Assembly (NCBI GenBank): GCA_036479435.1
Contig: JAZGFI010000277.1
Location: forward strand, 1-64,000
Direction of reading: 5' to 3'
Length of the DNA stretch: 64,000 bases
Source: Planctomycetota bacterium
GTDB lineage: Bacteria; Planctomycetota; GCA-002687715; DRQF01
Shown: positions 1 to 9,375 of the stretch, in pieces
How positions within the stretch are numbered: position 1 is the first letter of the stretch
Layout: each line of letters opens with the position of its first letter
Notes under the pieces: model-generated
What the model was told of the DNA's origin: nothing
The model's input: only the letters and a program-made list of their open reading frames with translations
Databases searched by the model: none
Program-made: the position numbers and the translations under genes

Positions 1-4
1 CTAG

Positions 5-430
5 ATCAAAGTGGATGCGAATTTGCTTTTTGTCTACGACGAAACAAAAGTCGTTGAAAACGGCCTCGAAATGAGGGTTACGGGAGGTTCGCCTCAGTCA
101 CTTTTTCTCGATGCGGAATCGCTGGCACGGATCAGCGATTCGGCACCAAGAAGGTGGGTCTTCACACCATTTCATAGGGCATGAACTCTGCTCCGCTATT
201 CCGGGGCAAGATCAAAGCTCGCAGATGAGCCATCTTGTGGCTTCCGCCGCCACTGAAAAAACAAACCGAATTTGATCCGAGATCTAGATGGGCAGGTCCG
301 GCGGCTCGGCACACTTACGAGTTCGCTCGTTGCGTGGCGAGCCTCTTCAAGGTTGCGGACAAGACCGCAGCTAGCCTGATTTTTGACGTTTCGTGGTCCA
401 CTGTCGCGTGGATTTGGAATGAAGACCCAA
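5..430 (+). pseudogene. Degenerate ISL3-family transposase N-terminal remnant
   Basis: Frame 2 reads ...ISDSAPRRWVFTPFHRA*TLLRYSGAR...PSCG, then frame 1 reads WAGPAARHTYEFARCVASLFKVADKTAASLIFDVSWSTVAWI. These match the ISL3 zinc-finger region (D..RRW.F.P..L.Y..RR..C..CG) and HTH region (PWA..ARHT..F...DKTA...SW.TV..I), with stops and a frameshift. Confidence 0.65.
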
Positions 431-549
431 AAAAAGACGAGAGCCGACCGGCACTTTTGCAAGTTTCGGTCCGTCTCTCGTCTCGGGCCCCACCACAAGT
501 GAGACCTGCCAGATACTAGTAGCTTGTTCGCTACTGGATCTTAGCGCGG

Positions 550-566
550 TTGAGAATCACTCTCAA
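550..566. promoter_or_regulatory. Fur-like palindromic operator TTGAGAATCACTCTCAA
   Basis: 8-1-8 inverted repeat with one mismatch to TTGAGAATnATTCTCAA, intergenic, about 110 bp upstream of the antiporter. Confidence 0.5.
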
Positions 567-676
567 GACAGATTGCAAGAAAACCTGGACGCCAACCCGG
601 TTCTCTCCCCCTCCAAACGGGGGTCAGACGCGATAAGATCCCGCCCTTGGGTCACCGTGACATTGGAGACGGGATT

Positions 677-2476
677 TTGGGCGAACATCTGGCTCTGGGC
701 CTAGCTTGCATCTTGATTCTTGGGGTCGGGGCGCAATGGCTGGCATGGCGTGTCGGCATCCCGGCCATCCTCTTTCTTCTCGCCGCCGGCATCCTCGCGG
801 GCCCGGTCGCGGGCTTTATCGATCCGGACCAACTGTTCGGAAACGCATTGGCCGGTATCGTCTCGATTTCGGTAGCGCTCATCTTGTTTGAAGGCGGCCT
901 CAGCCTGCATTTGGACGAGATCCACACTCTCAAGAAAACACTCACTCGGCTCGTGTCTTTGGGTGCGGTGGTTTCGTGGTTAGGTGCCGCCGTCGCCGCG
1001 TATTTTTTGCTGGGTTTTACGCCAGGAGTTTCCCTGCTGCTGGGCGCGACCTTGGTGGTGACCGGCCCCACCGTCATTATTCCGCTGCTTCGTTTGGTGC
1101 GACCAAGCCCTAAGGCGAGTGCCTTGCTGAAGTGGGAAGGGATCGTCATCGACCCCATCGGCGCCACGCTCGCTCTTTTGGTTTTCGAAGCCCTGGTCGC
1201 CACGGGGCGTCAAGAGGCTTTGTTGGCCGCGGCCAAGGGCATTGGCATGACGCTACTCGTAGGCCTTAGCCTCGGCGCCATCGGCGCGGCTTTGATTTAC
1301 GTTTTGATGCGTCGCTATTGGATGCCCGATTACCTGCAGATCCCCGTCATTCTTGCGAGCGTCGTCGGTCTCTTTGCGCTCTCGGAAGAGCTACAGCACG
1401 AGTCGGGGTTTTTGACGGTAACGGCCATGGGCGCTCTCCTCGGCAATCAAAAGCAAGTCGCGATCGGGCACATCGTCGAGTTCAAAGAGAACCTTCGGGT
1501 CTTATTGATTGCCAGTCTCTTCATCATCTTGTCCGCACGCCTAGACCTCGGACTGATGGCGGCTCTGGGTTGGCCCGTGCTCGCGTTCATCGCGGTGCTC
1601 ATCGTCATCGTGCGTCCGCTCAGCGTCATGATTTCGACCAGAGGTTCAGCCTTAAGCACCCAGGAAAAAGCCTTCGTCAGCCTCGTTGCCCCGCGTGGCG
1701 TTGTCGCTGCGGCGGTCAGTTCCGTGTTCGCTCTGGAGTTGGAGCGTCTCGGTTACAAAGACGCTCCACAATTCGTCGCCGTCACCTTTGCGGTCATCAT
1801 CGGGACGGTGCTGTTCTACGGTCTCACTGCCCTTCCCATCTCCAGGCTCCTCGGTGTCGGCAATCCCAACCCGCAGGGTTTTCTGATTCTAGGCTGCCAT
1901 TCTTGGGCCCGGGGCTTGGCGGGCAAACTAAAAGAAGCGGGCTTTCGGGTTCTGTTGGCCAGCACCAACCGCGTGGACGTCCACCGCGCCCGTCTCGACG
2001 GCTTGGACGCTTGGTACGGCAACGCCCTTTCGGAATCGGCCGCCGAAGAAATGAACTTGGATGGGATCGGCCGCTTGCTGTCGACGACCACCAACACCGA
2101 AGTCAACAAGTTGGCCGCGAGTCACTTCGGCGAGATCTTTGGCCGCAGCGAAGCCTATCGCATCACCGGAGGCAAGACTCCGGATGACGACACGCGCATG
2201 CACGACACGCGGGGGCGCGTGGCTTTCGAAAAGGACATGACGCACGAGTATTTTTCGCGCCGTTTCTTAACGGGTTCGGAGTTTCGGCTGACGCGCCTTA
2301 GCGATTCCTTTAGCTATGCAGACTTCGTCGAAAACACCCGCGGTACTGCACGGCTGTTGTTCGTCATTCGCAAAAAAAGCGATCTTATTATTTTCACCGA
2401 AGACAACCCGCTCGAACCCAAGGCTGGCGACAGCATCATCACCCTGTCGGATCGCGACCAGAAGGTAGTGTCCTAA
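677..2476 (+). CDS. NhaP-type cation:proton antiporter (CPA1) with C-terminal Rossmann/RCK-like domain
   Basis: Many hydrophobic segments; motifs ILFEGG, VTGPTVI, EGIVIDP, APRGVVAAA; soluble C-terminus. TTG at 677 follows a GGAG RBS (ORF track starts at 647). Confidence 0.9.
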   Translation: MGEHLALGLACILILGVGAQWLAWRVGIPAILFLLAAGILAGPVAGFIDPDQLFGNALAGIVSISVALILFEGGLSLHLDEIHTLKKTLTRLVSLGAVVSWLGAAVAAYFLLGFTPGVSLLLGATLVVTGPTVIIPLLRLVRPSPKASALLKWEGIVIDPIGATLALLVFEALVATGRQEALLAAAKGIGMTLLVGLSLGAIGAALIYVLMRRYWMPDYLQIPVILASVVGLFALSEELQHESGFLTVTAMGALLGNQKQVAIGHIVEFKENLRVLLIASLFIILSARLDLGLMAALGWPVLAFIAVLIVIVRPLSVMISTRGSALSTQEKAFVSLVAPRGVVAAAVSSVFALELERLGYKDAPQFVAVTFAVIIGTVLFYGLTALPISRLLGVGNPNPQGFLILGCHSWARGLAGKLKEAGFRVLLASTNRVDVHRARLDGLDAWYGNALSESAAEEMNLDGIGRLLSTTTNTEVNKLAASHFGEIFGRSEAYRITGGKTPDDDTRMHDTRGRVAFEKDMTHEYFSRRFLTGSEFRLTRLSDSFSYADFVENTRGTARLLFVIRKKSDLIIFTEDNPLEPKAGDSIITLSDRDQKVVS

Positions 2477-2519
2477 GTGAAATTGAGGTCCCCCGCCTCG
2501 AGTAGTCATTGGTCGTCCT

Positions 2520-2984
2520 GTGACCATGAGAACCATGAACCAACAACGAAACGGCTACCATCGACTCGACAATGCTCGGAATCCAGATGATCCGAGTGGA
2601 GAAAGAATCCAATTGTGGATGAGCATCGAAATGGTGCATAACTCTCAACGGTACAGCAACTTCCGCTTCGAAAACATCAAGACCGCCGCTGCGTGCATCG
2701 TTGATCCCCTTAGGATTAATGCACACATTAGGGATGGTGACGAAAGCCAAGGTTGGTGCTATGTTTCTGCGCCTGACCAAATTCGAAGTGGTCAAGGTGA
2801 CGGATTGATGCAGAATGGCGATAGACTTTTCACAGTCTTCGTCGATAGCGAATTCAGAGTATTTGATTGGGGACGGGAGAATCGCGACATTGTTGATCGT
2901 GATTCTCCAGATGGCGCGAGCGAACAAGCCCTGGCTGAAGGGCGTGGTCGATTCGGAGAATTGGTATGGATCAAAACGACTTAG
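2520..2984 (+). CDS. Hypothetical protein, possible RNase-type toxin
   Basis: 154 aa ORF (ATG alternatives at 2526 and 2535) overlapping the next gene; DP..I...IR..GWCYV and FTVFV...VFDWG..E pattern; visibly lower GC than neighbours. Confidence 0.6.
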   Translation: MTMRTMNQQRNGYHRLDNARNPDDPSGERIQLWMSIEMVHNSQRYSNFRFENIKTAAACIVDPLRINAHIRDGDESQGWCYVSAPDQIRSGQGDGLMQNGDRLFTVFVDSEFRVFDWGRENRDIVDRDSPDGASEQALAEGRGRFGELVWIKTT

Positions 2985-3343
2985 GTCGGTTGATGGATTC
3001 GATGCGCAGCGAGCCTGCAAAAAAGCCGGGCGGCTTTTTTAGCGAGTCCGGTGATTGTGTCTTTTTCTACAACGAGGATGTGCCATACGTCCGGGATCGG
3101 ATCGATGGCCTTGTCACAGTCTATCGTGCAATCGATGACAGCCGAATTATCGGCGTTCAAGTAAAAAACGTCTCGCGTTTGCCATTTCACGACGCACTTC
3201 AGGTTGAAGTTTCATCTGTGAACCAACGCGATATGGTTCGCTTGCTTCTCTTGACTTTTGCCAAGACTGAGCCGACAGAGGACAGCACAACGAAATACAC
3301 TGATGCCATACGCAAGATGAATGAACCAGCACTCGCTGGTTAG
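2966..3343 (+). CDS. DUF2283-like small protein, possible antitoxin
   Basis: FSESGDCVFFY...RIDGLVTVYRAIDDSRIIGVQVKN resembles the DUF2283 pattern (Y...D.LY...D....G.IVGIEI). Confidence 0.6.
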   Translation: MDQNDLGRLMDSMRSEPAKKPGGFFSESGDCVFFYNEDVPYVRDRIDGLVTVYRAIDDSRIIGVQVKNVSRLPFHDALQVEVSSVNQRDMVRLLLLTFAKTEPTEDSTTKYTDAIRKMNEPALAG

Positions 3344-3461
3344 CCTTTCGATTTATCCCGAAATTCATTGATGATCACGGTTTCCCCCGGTGTCAGAGTA
3401 GCTGCCTCGCCGCTCCACCTCAGGCCGCAACTCCACACCACCGACAAGAAAGCATCGTTGG

Positions 3462-4791
3462 CTAGAACAATTCCCAGCCCTTGCGGTAGTCCTTGTCGAT
3501 CAGCGCCTGTGCCGCAGGAGATCGCAGAGCCAACAACTTCGACGCATCCCAGCGAAAGAACTTACCGCTGCGATGGGCGACCACTCCCAGTAGGACCGTT
3601 TCCGTCAAGGGGCCGGAGTAGTCGAACGAACAGGTCGTCGACTTGCGCGTCTTGCAGGCCTCGATCCACTCGGCGTGGTGACCCAGCGAAGGCTTAAGGC
3701 TCGGCTTCGGAGCTTCGTAGTGCTCAAAGTTCTTTTTGGGACCGAGCTGGTGGCTGCCGTAACCCGACACCAGCCAGCCTTTGTCGCCAACGAACAAGAC
3801 GCCGTTGTGCCAGCTCTCCAATCCGCGTGCTTTGAGCGCAGCCAAGGGCCGCAGGTCGCCGTCCCACCAGGAGAGCTTGAGCGGACGAGTCTGATCTTGG
3901 CTGGGGAATTCGTAGTGAATCGCAAGGCCCGAAGGTGCGGCGTAAGCATTGGCCGAAGGGCCCTCCGCGCGAACGCTCAAGGGCGCTTTCAACTTGAGGG
4001 CCCAAAACGGCAAATCCAAGTAGTGACAAGCCATGTCGCCAAGGGTGCCGCCGCCGAAATCCCAATAGCGGCGCCAGCCCGCGGGGTGATAGTCGGGATC
4101 GTAGGCGCGCTTTGTCGCCGGGCCCAACCACAGATCCCAATTCAAGCGATCTGGAACCGCCGCGGTCGCCTTGGGTCGCCCCGCCGCTGACCAGGCTTTT
4201 CCGTTCAAAAAAACATGAACCTCTCTCACCGCGCCGATGGCGTCCGCTTGGATTGCTTCCACGACCCGGCGGTAGTTATCGCCCGCGTGGATTTGGATGC
4301 CCATTTGGGTCACGCGTTGGTGTTTCACACTCAGGTTCCTGCAACAGCCGAGCTTCGCGCACGGTATGCGTCAGAGGCTTTTCGCAGTAGACGTCTTTCC
4401 CCGCCCGCAGTGCTGCCGCCGCCACGGGCCCGTGCAGGTGATCCGGCGTACTGATGACAATCGCATCGAGATCCACGCGATCGATCAGCTTGCGCCAGTC
4501 CACATCGAGAGTGGCCTTGGGGAAACGCTTTGCCGCGTTGGCGAGGTATTTGGAGTCAAAATCGCAAAGGGCTGCGATGTACTCGCCTTGCACGCCATTT
4601 AAGTTGGCGCCGCCGCGATTCGCCGTGCCGACAATGCCCAAACGCAATTTGTTGTTGACCGACTTGTCCGCCTGAAAGGCAAAGCGCCCCGGAAGTGTTG
4701 CGCCAACGCAGAGCATGGCCGAGGACTGAAGAAACCGGCGCCGCGTCGAGGTTTACGGCCGAGGGTCAGGGGCTTGGCTTGGCGTGGCCAT
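3462..4791 (-). pseudogene. Tat-exported Gfo/Idh/MocA oxidoreductase disrupted by a nonsense codon and a frameshift
   Basis: ATG at 4791 (TAATG overlap with the upstream gene); in-frame TAA at 4755-4753 just before the TRRRFLQ Tat motif; GTANRG, STPDHLH and CEKPL motifs; one extra base near 4337 shifts into the TQMG/WDLWLGP/LGDMACH half. Confidence 0.85.
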
Positions 4792-6119
4792 TACTTGATC
4801 TCACGAATGAAGATATTCCGGAACCAAGCGTAGTCGCTCTTTGCCTGGGGCGGTGCGTGGCGCTGTAAACCAATGAAGCCTTGCGTGGCTCGCTTCGAGA
4901 ACGGCTTGCCACTCGCGGGCACTTTTTTCGTATCAACATCGTAGAGCACATGACCGTTGAGAACGGTCTTGATGCGGAATCCCCGATAGCGAACTTGGTA
5001 GGTATTCCAGCCACCGAGCGGCTTTGTGGCGTTCTTGATGGCCGGAGCCACCGACCCGTAAAGCCCGCCGGTAAACTGGTAGGGCTTCAGTCGATAGCCC
5101 GAAACTCGCTCCCAGTTCCAGTCGTCGAGGATCTGGACTTCGCAGCCAGAGTAGCTGGGATTGCCACTCTTCGGATCGGAGCGCAGAAACAAACCACTGT
5201 TGCACATGAAAGCGATCTTAAAGTCCAAGCGCAGCTCGAAATCGCGCCAGTCCTCGCGCTCGGTGCGCAGAAAACCATCGCCACCGGCTCGTGGAAAAAC
5301 GATACAACCGTCGCGAACCAAATAATCATCCGCTTTCGTTTTGCCGCCCGGCTTCCATCCACTAAGGGTCTTGCCGTCAAAAAGGGACCTCCATCCGGCT
5401 GCCTTCGCTTCGTCCAAAAGTTGCAACTGACCGTGATCGTCACCAGAAAAACGCGCGCGGTCATAGTTCGGAAGTTCCCGAATGCGAATGTCGCGAAACC
5501 TCACTGATTGCTCGTCGGGAACAGACTCGCCTCCGTGGACTTGAAGGCCGATGAGGCCGCGCGGCGCGTAACCCTTGCTATTCGCCGGAAGCTGGTAGTC
5601 GGTAATCAGAACACCGTTCAGCCATGCTTGAAGGTGAAAATCCAAGCCGCTGATCCGAACAGTGACGCGATTCCAGGCGTCTTTTTTGAAGGCTTCCTTC
5701 GCCGTTTCGTTGTGAAACAAAAACCCATCGGCGTAGATCGCACCAACCTCGCCTTTGGGCCGGTAATCCAAAGTGACTTGCGCGCCCTTGCCATTACCCG
5801 GGGGCGCCATCCGCAGAAACACACCCGAATCAAAGGGGTAGTCGATCTTCACCTCGAAACTGATGATGGCGTTCTCATAGATTCGTTCGCTGTAGATGAG
5901 GCCCCCGCTTTTTCCCGACCCTTGCCGGCCCACCAAAACCCCATCCTCAACGGTCCAGCGGGCGCGGCCGTCGTAGCGACCTCCCGACGTCACCCAACCA
6001 TTGAGAGTCTTGCCGTCGAAGGCCGATTCAGATTTGGCGAGCTGTGGTTCTTTTTGTGGCGCCGCCAAGGCCGTCGTCGTCAACAAGATCAAGAAAGCAG
6101 CAAGAAAGTAGCGGATCAT
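4791..6119 (-). CDS. Secreted tandem DUF1080 (3-keto-disaccharide hydrolase-like) protein
   Basis: Signal peptide; two repeats each with FDGKTL.GW, (D/N)SG.FLR, G.IGLQ.H and FR.I.IRE. Confidence 0.9.
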   Translation of the reverse strand: MIRYFLAAFLILLTTTALAAPQKEPQLAKSESAFDGKTLNGWVTSGGRYDGRARWTVEDGVLVGRQGSGKSGGLIYSERIYENAIISFEVKIDYPFDSGVFLRMAPPGNGKGAQVTLDYRPKGEVGAIYADGFLFHNETAKEAFKKDAWNRVTVRISGLDFHLQAWLNGVLITDYQLPANSKGYAPRGLIGLQVHGGESVPDEQSVRFRDIRIRELPNYDRARFSGDDHGQLQLLDEAKAAGWRSLFDGKTLSGWKPGGKTKADDYLVRDGCIVFPRAGGDGFLRTEREDWRDFELRLDFKIAFMCNSGLFLRSDPKSGNPSYSGCEVQILDDWNWERVSGYRLKPYQFTGGLYGSVAPAIKNATKPLGGWNTYQVRYRGFRIKTVLNGHVLYDVDTKKVPASGKPFSKRATQGFIGLQRHAPPQAKSDYAWFRNIFIREIK

Positions 6120-6266
6120 GGCAACCTCGGATTCGGCCGGGACACGACAGCCGCGGCGAAACGAAAGGACGGTCGAATCAGCAGCTTAGCACGCTCAACA
6201 AAAGCGGGGCCCAGCCCCCGACGTCGGGTCGGAAACTGGGCCGAATGAAAGACTCGAATGCTGGAA

Positions 6267-7553
6267 TTAGGGAAGGCCGGTCGTGATCGTGACTGCGTCC
6301 GACAGACAAACGCCGAGTGGGGCCAAGGCATCCGGGAAGGCCCACTGGAAACTAAACTGTACACCTGCGGGAGCGGGTACAAAGGTGACGGGAATCGAGG
6401 CGTTTCCCAGGACATCCGTTAGCGCGAAACCCATGACATAGCTCGGCGTGAAGGGGCTGATCCACAGGGTCTCCCCCGAACCCGGGATGAACAAGCCACC
6501 CGGAATCACGCAAAGGTCCGCCAGTAAAGCAATGGTCGCCAAAGGCGGCCCACCCACCAAGACCAGAGCGTTACCGCCGCCTGGTCCAACGTGAGCTTCT
6601 TTCATGAGACCCGGTAAGGGAAAAATGGGCGCCGACGGGCATCCCGCAAACCCGAGACTAATCTGGAAGTCAGAGCTGTAGGCGAGGCCGTAGGCTCCCG
6701 CGCCGGATGCGAAGGCCAATGGAATCGGAGGGCTGATGCCAGCCACGTCGTAGACCGCAAATCCGTCCGTCACGTTGATGTGATTGGAAGGGACCTGCCC
6801 CGAGCAAGGCGGCGGCGCAAAACCTCCGGGACCGTTACTGGTATTAACCGCCAGACCATTGAGGGGCGCAACGACAAAAGGAAGCGCCCCGACGGGTTGG
6901 GGCCCGACGGGTAAGCCCGCTGGGGTGAAGTTGTAGATCAAGCCGCCGACGTCGCAGGCCCATAGCGTTCCCGTCGATGACTCAAAGCCCAGCCCCGAGA
7001 TGGGTGGGCCACCGAGCGGAATGCCGGGAATCGGAATCGAAGCCGCAATGAGAGGAAGATAGGGAGGCGCCAAAGGGTAGGCGCAATAGCTGAAGGGGTC
7101 AGAGGCCCACAGGATTCCCGCGGCAACGTCAACCGCGAGCCCCGTGATTGGACCAAATGGGGGCAGGCCGGGGCCGGGCAGCGGCGGAATCGCTGGCGCG
7201 GGTGGGACGGGTATGGGAAAGGGCAATCCGTTCAGGAGTAAGTAAGGCGAATTCGCATCCATGCTTATCAAGACGCCATCACTGACGTACACCGTGCTCG
7301 TCGTTTGGTCACAAGCCATACCACCTGCGGGCAGTATCGCTGCGGGCAGCAAAGCCGCGGATGGCAAGGGGAAGGGCCCGATGTTATCGGGCGCACCCAA
7401 AGGATAGGCCGAACTCGGCATGTAGCTGCGGTCCATAGTGCCGGGGTTGGCAGCATCCAGGACCATCGTGACTTGAGCCGCAAGGGGAACGAGGCACAAG
7501 GCGAAGCCCAGTGCGACGAGGGCCCGCGCATACCTGTGCGTGTACTTTTTCAT
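6267..7553 (-). CDS. Secreted proline-rich beta-propeller-like protein
   Basis: Signal peptide; repeats GMACD..TVYVSD, GLAVD..ILWASD, GLGFE..TLWACD, GLAVN, GLAYS with Pro-rich linkers; C-terminal GVQFSFQW..D..G..LSDAV module. Confidence 0.75.
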   Translation of the reverse strand: MKKYTHRYARALVALGFALCLVPLAAQVTMVLDAANPGTMDRSYMPSSAYPLGAPDNIGPFPLPSAALLPAAILPAGGMACDQTTSTVYVSDGVLISMDANSPYLLLNGLPFPIPVPPAPAIPPLPGPGLPPFGPITGLAVDVAAGILWASDPFSYCAYPLAPPYLPLIAASIPIPGIPLGGPPISGLGFESSTGTLWACDVGGLIYNFTPAGLPVGPQPVGALPFVVAPLNGLAVNTSNGPGGFAPPPCSGQVPSNHINVTDGFAVYDVAGISPPIPLAFASGAGAYGLAYSSDFQISLGFAGCPSAPIFPLPGLMKEAHVGPGGGNALVLVGGPPLATIALLADLCVIPGGLFIPGSGETLWISPFTPSYVMGFALTDVLGNASIPVTFVPAPAGVQFSFQWAFPDALAPLGVCLSDAVTITTGLP

Positions 7554-8039
7554 TTCTCTCTCTCCAAAAAGACCGACGCGCGGTCGTCAAGGCACTCGCC
7601 GGCAAACCACAGGGTTTGGCGACGACAAGCGCCCAAGAACGGAGGAGAGTCTTGGAGTATTTGACCGCGGCGGGGCTAGGAGAGAGAAGCGTCAGACCAT
7701 CAGCCGAAGCTGAGAGTCCGAGTTCAGCGATTACGAAGGGGTGGCGGCTACCAGCTTAGTCCTTCGCACCGAGGCCGAAAACAACAAGGCTTTCCGGCCG
7801 CTGCGTCTCGTCGCTGACGCAAGGATGAGACTGCCACAGGAATCGGTCGGAGCGAAGGAAATTCGGATCGGAGGCCCAAGTTTGTAGCGATCGTTCCTGG
7901 GCTGGTCACGGGGCCCGCCGCTGCCCAGGGAGCGGATTTCGCTCGAGACTTTGAAAGAACGAAGGACTCAGCCAGTTCATGCTGAGGAACAAAGGCTGAA
8001 AGTCATCCGACCAGCCAAGCCCGAGGGAGTCGATCAACC

Positions 8040-9056
8040 ATGCCTAGCTTCAGCTCAATCATCGCGCCATTACTTCTCGTCTGCTCGCTCCTCACCGCGA
8101 TCATCAGCGACGATTCAGCGCCCCGTCACCAAGATGCGCACAGCAAGCGAGCCCAAAGCACCCCGCAAGCGGATAAAACACGTCGCGCCATTTTGGTGAC
8201 CGGGGCCAGCACCGGTATCGGCCGCAAGACCGCAGAGCACTTGGCCAAAAAGGGGTTTTTTGTCTACGCCGGCGCCCGCAAGAAAAAGGACCTTAAGGAA
8301 CTCAGCGCCATTGAGAACATCCAAGGCATTCGTCTCGATGTGACGGTGCAATCCGAGATCGACGCCGCAGTGGCCACGATTGAAAAAGCGGGGCGGGGAC
8401 TCTTCGGCCTCATCAACAACGCGGGTGTCGCCGTCTTAGCGCCGCTGATCGAAGTTTCTGAAAAGGACTTCCACTTTCAGATGAACGTCAACCTTTACGG
8501 CCCCTACCGCGTCACCAAAGGCTTTGCTCCCCTCATCATGAAAAGCAAAGGGCGCATCTCCACCACCGGTTCCCTATCCGGCGTGGCGACTTGGGGCATG
8601 GGCGGCCCCTATTGCATGAGTAAGCACGCCATCGAGGCCTACAGCGATGTGCTCGCCCAAGAGATGCGGCGATTCGGCGTCAAAGTCAGCATGATCGAAC
8701 CCGGCAACTACCGCTCGAAGATCACGGCTTCCATGCGAAAGCGCTTCGAAGATGAGGGATTCAGCACCGAAGGCTCGCTTTACAAAAGACGGCTCGACAG
8801 TCTTCTGACGGCACCCAAGCGTGAAAACCAAGAGAAAGAACCCGACGAAGTCGCCGAAGCGTTCTACCGCGCCATGACCGACAAGAACCCCAAACGCCGC
8901 TACCTCGTCGTCCCCAACCAAGTCGAAGCGGGCATCACCATCCGTTCCGTCATCACCCGCCTCGCCCAACTAAACGCCGACCACCCCTACTCCTACAATC
9001 GCGAGCAACTCATTGAGATGCTCGACAGAGCACTTGAGCACCAAAAAAACCGCTAA
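8040..9056 (+). CDS. Short-chain dehydrogenase/reductase with N-terminal signal or anchor
   Basis: TGASTGIG, NNAG, YCMSK (YxxxK) and IEPG motifs. Confidence 0.9.
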   Translation: MPSFSSIIAPLLLVCSLLTAIISDDSAPRHQDAHSKRAQSTPQADKTRRAILVTGASTGIGRKTAEHLAKKGFFVYAGARKKKDLKELSAIENIQGIRLDVTVQSEIDAAVATIEKAGRGLFGLINNAGVAVLAPLIEVSEKDFHFQMNVNLYGPYRVTKGFAPLIMKSKGRISTTGSLSGVATWGMGGPYCMSKHAIEAYSDVLAQEMRRFGVKVSMIEPGNYRSKITASMRKRFEDEGFSTEGSLYKRRLDSLLTAPKRENQEKEPDEVAEAFYRAMTDKNPKRRYLVVPNQVEAGITIRSVITRLAQLNADHPYSYNREQLIEMLDRALEHQKNR

Positions 9057-9375
9057 GGGCCCATTCTCCAGGGATGATGACAGGCCGGAAGAAGTAGCAC
9101 TCAAGCGAGAGAGCGTTGAACAGGGACTCGATCGGGCCTTTAAGCTCGCCTTGATTTCGCTCTTGATCCCGCCCGTTGGAATCTCGGCGCTTCTCAACCT
9201 CCGCACCGTTCGCAAAGTCGGATTCCGATACTTGGAGTCTCGAGGCAAGCACTTTGCCACGATGCTCATCGGCCTCGTCACCTCAGGTCTGTGCTAGGTG
9301 CTGATACTCTATTTTATTTTTACCTAGCCCGACGCGGTCCCTAGTCCTTAGACGACTCCCCGACCTGTTGGGAAT

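Noticed and set aside
2439..3020. 193 aa minus-strand ORF
   Set aside because: Antisense to a more plausible coupled gene pair and overlapping the antiporter end.
4753..4755. Stop-codon recoding as an explanation for the in-frame stop
   Set aside because: It is TAA in a signal peptide, TAA ends other genes here, and the gene also has a frameshift.
7598..7635. GGCAAACC...GGCGACGACAAGC resembling a c-di-GMP-I riboswitch
   Set aside because: Lacks the GNRA loop/receptor and the P3 stem; it is explained by a simple hairpin and is about 400 bp from the next same-strand gene.
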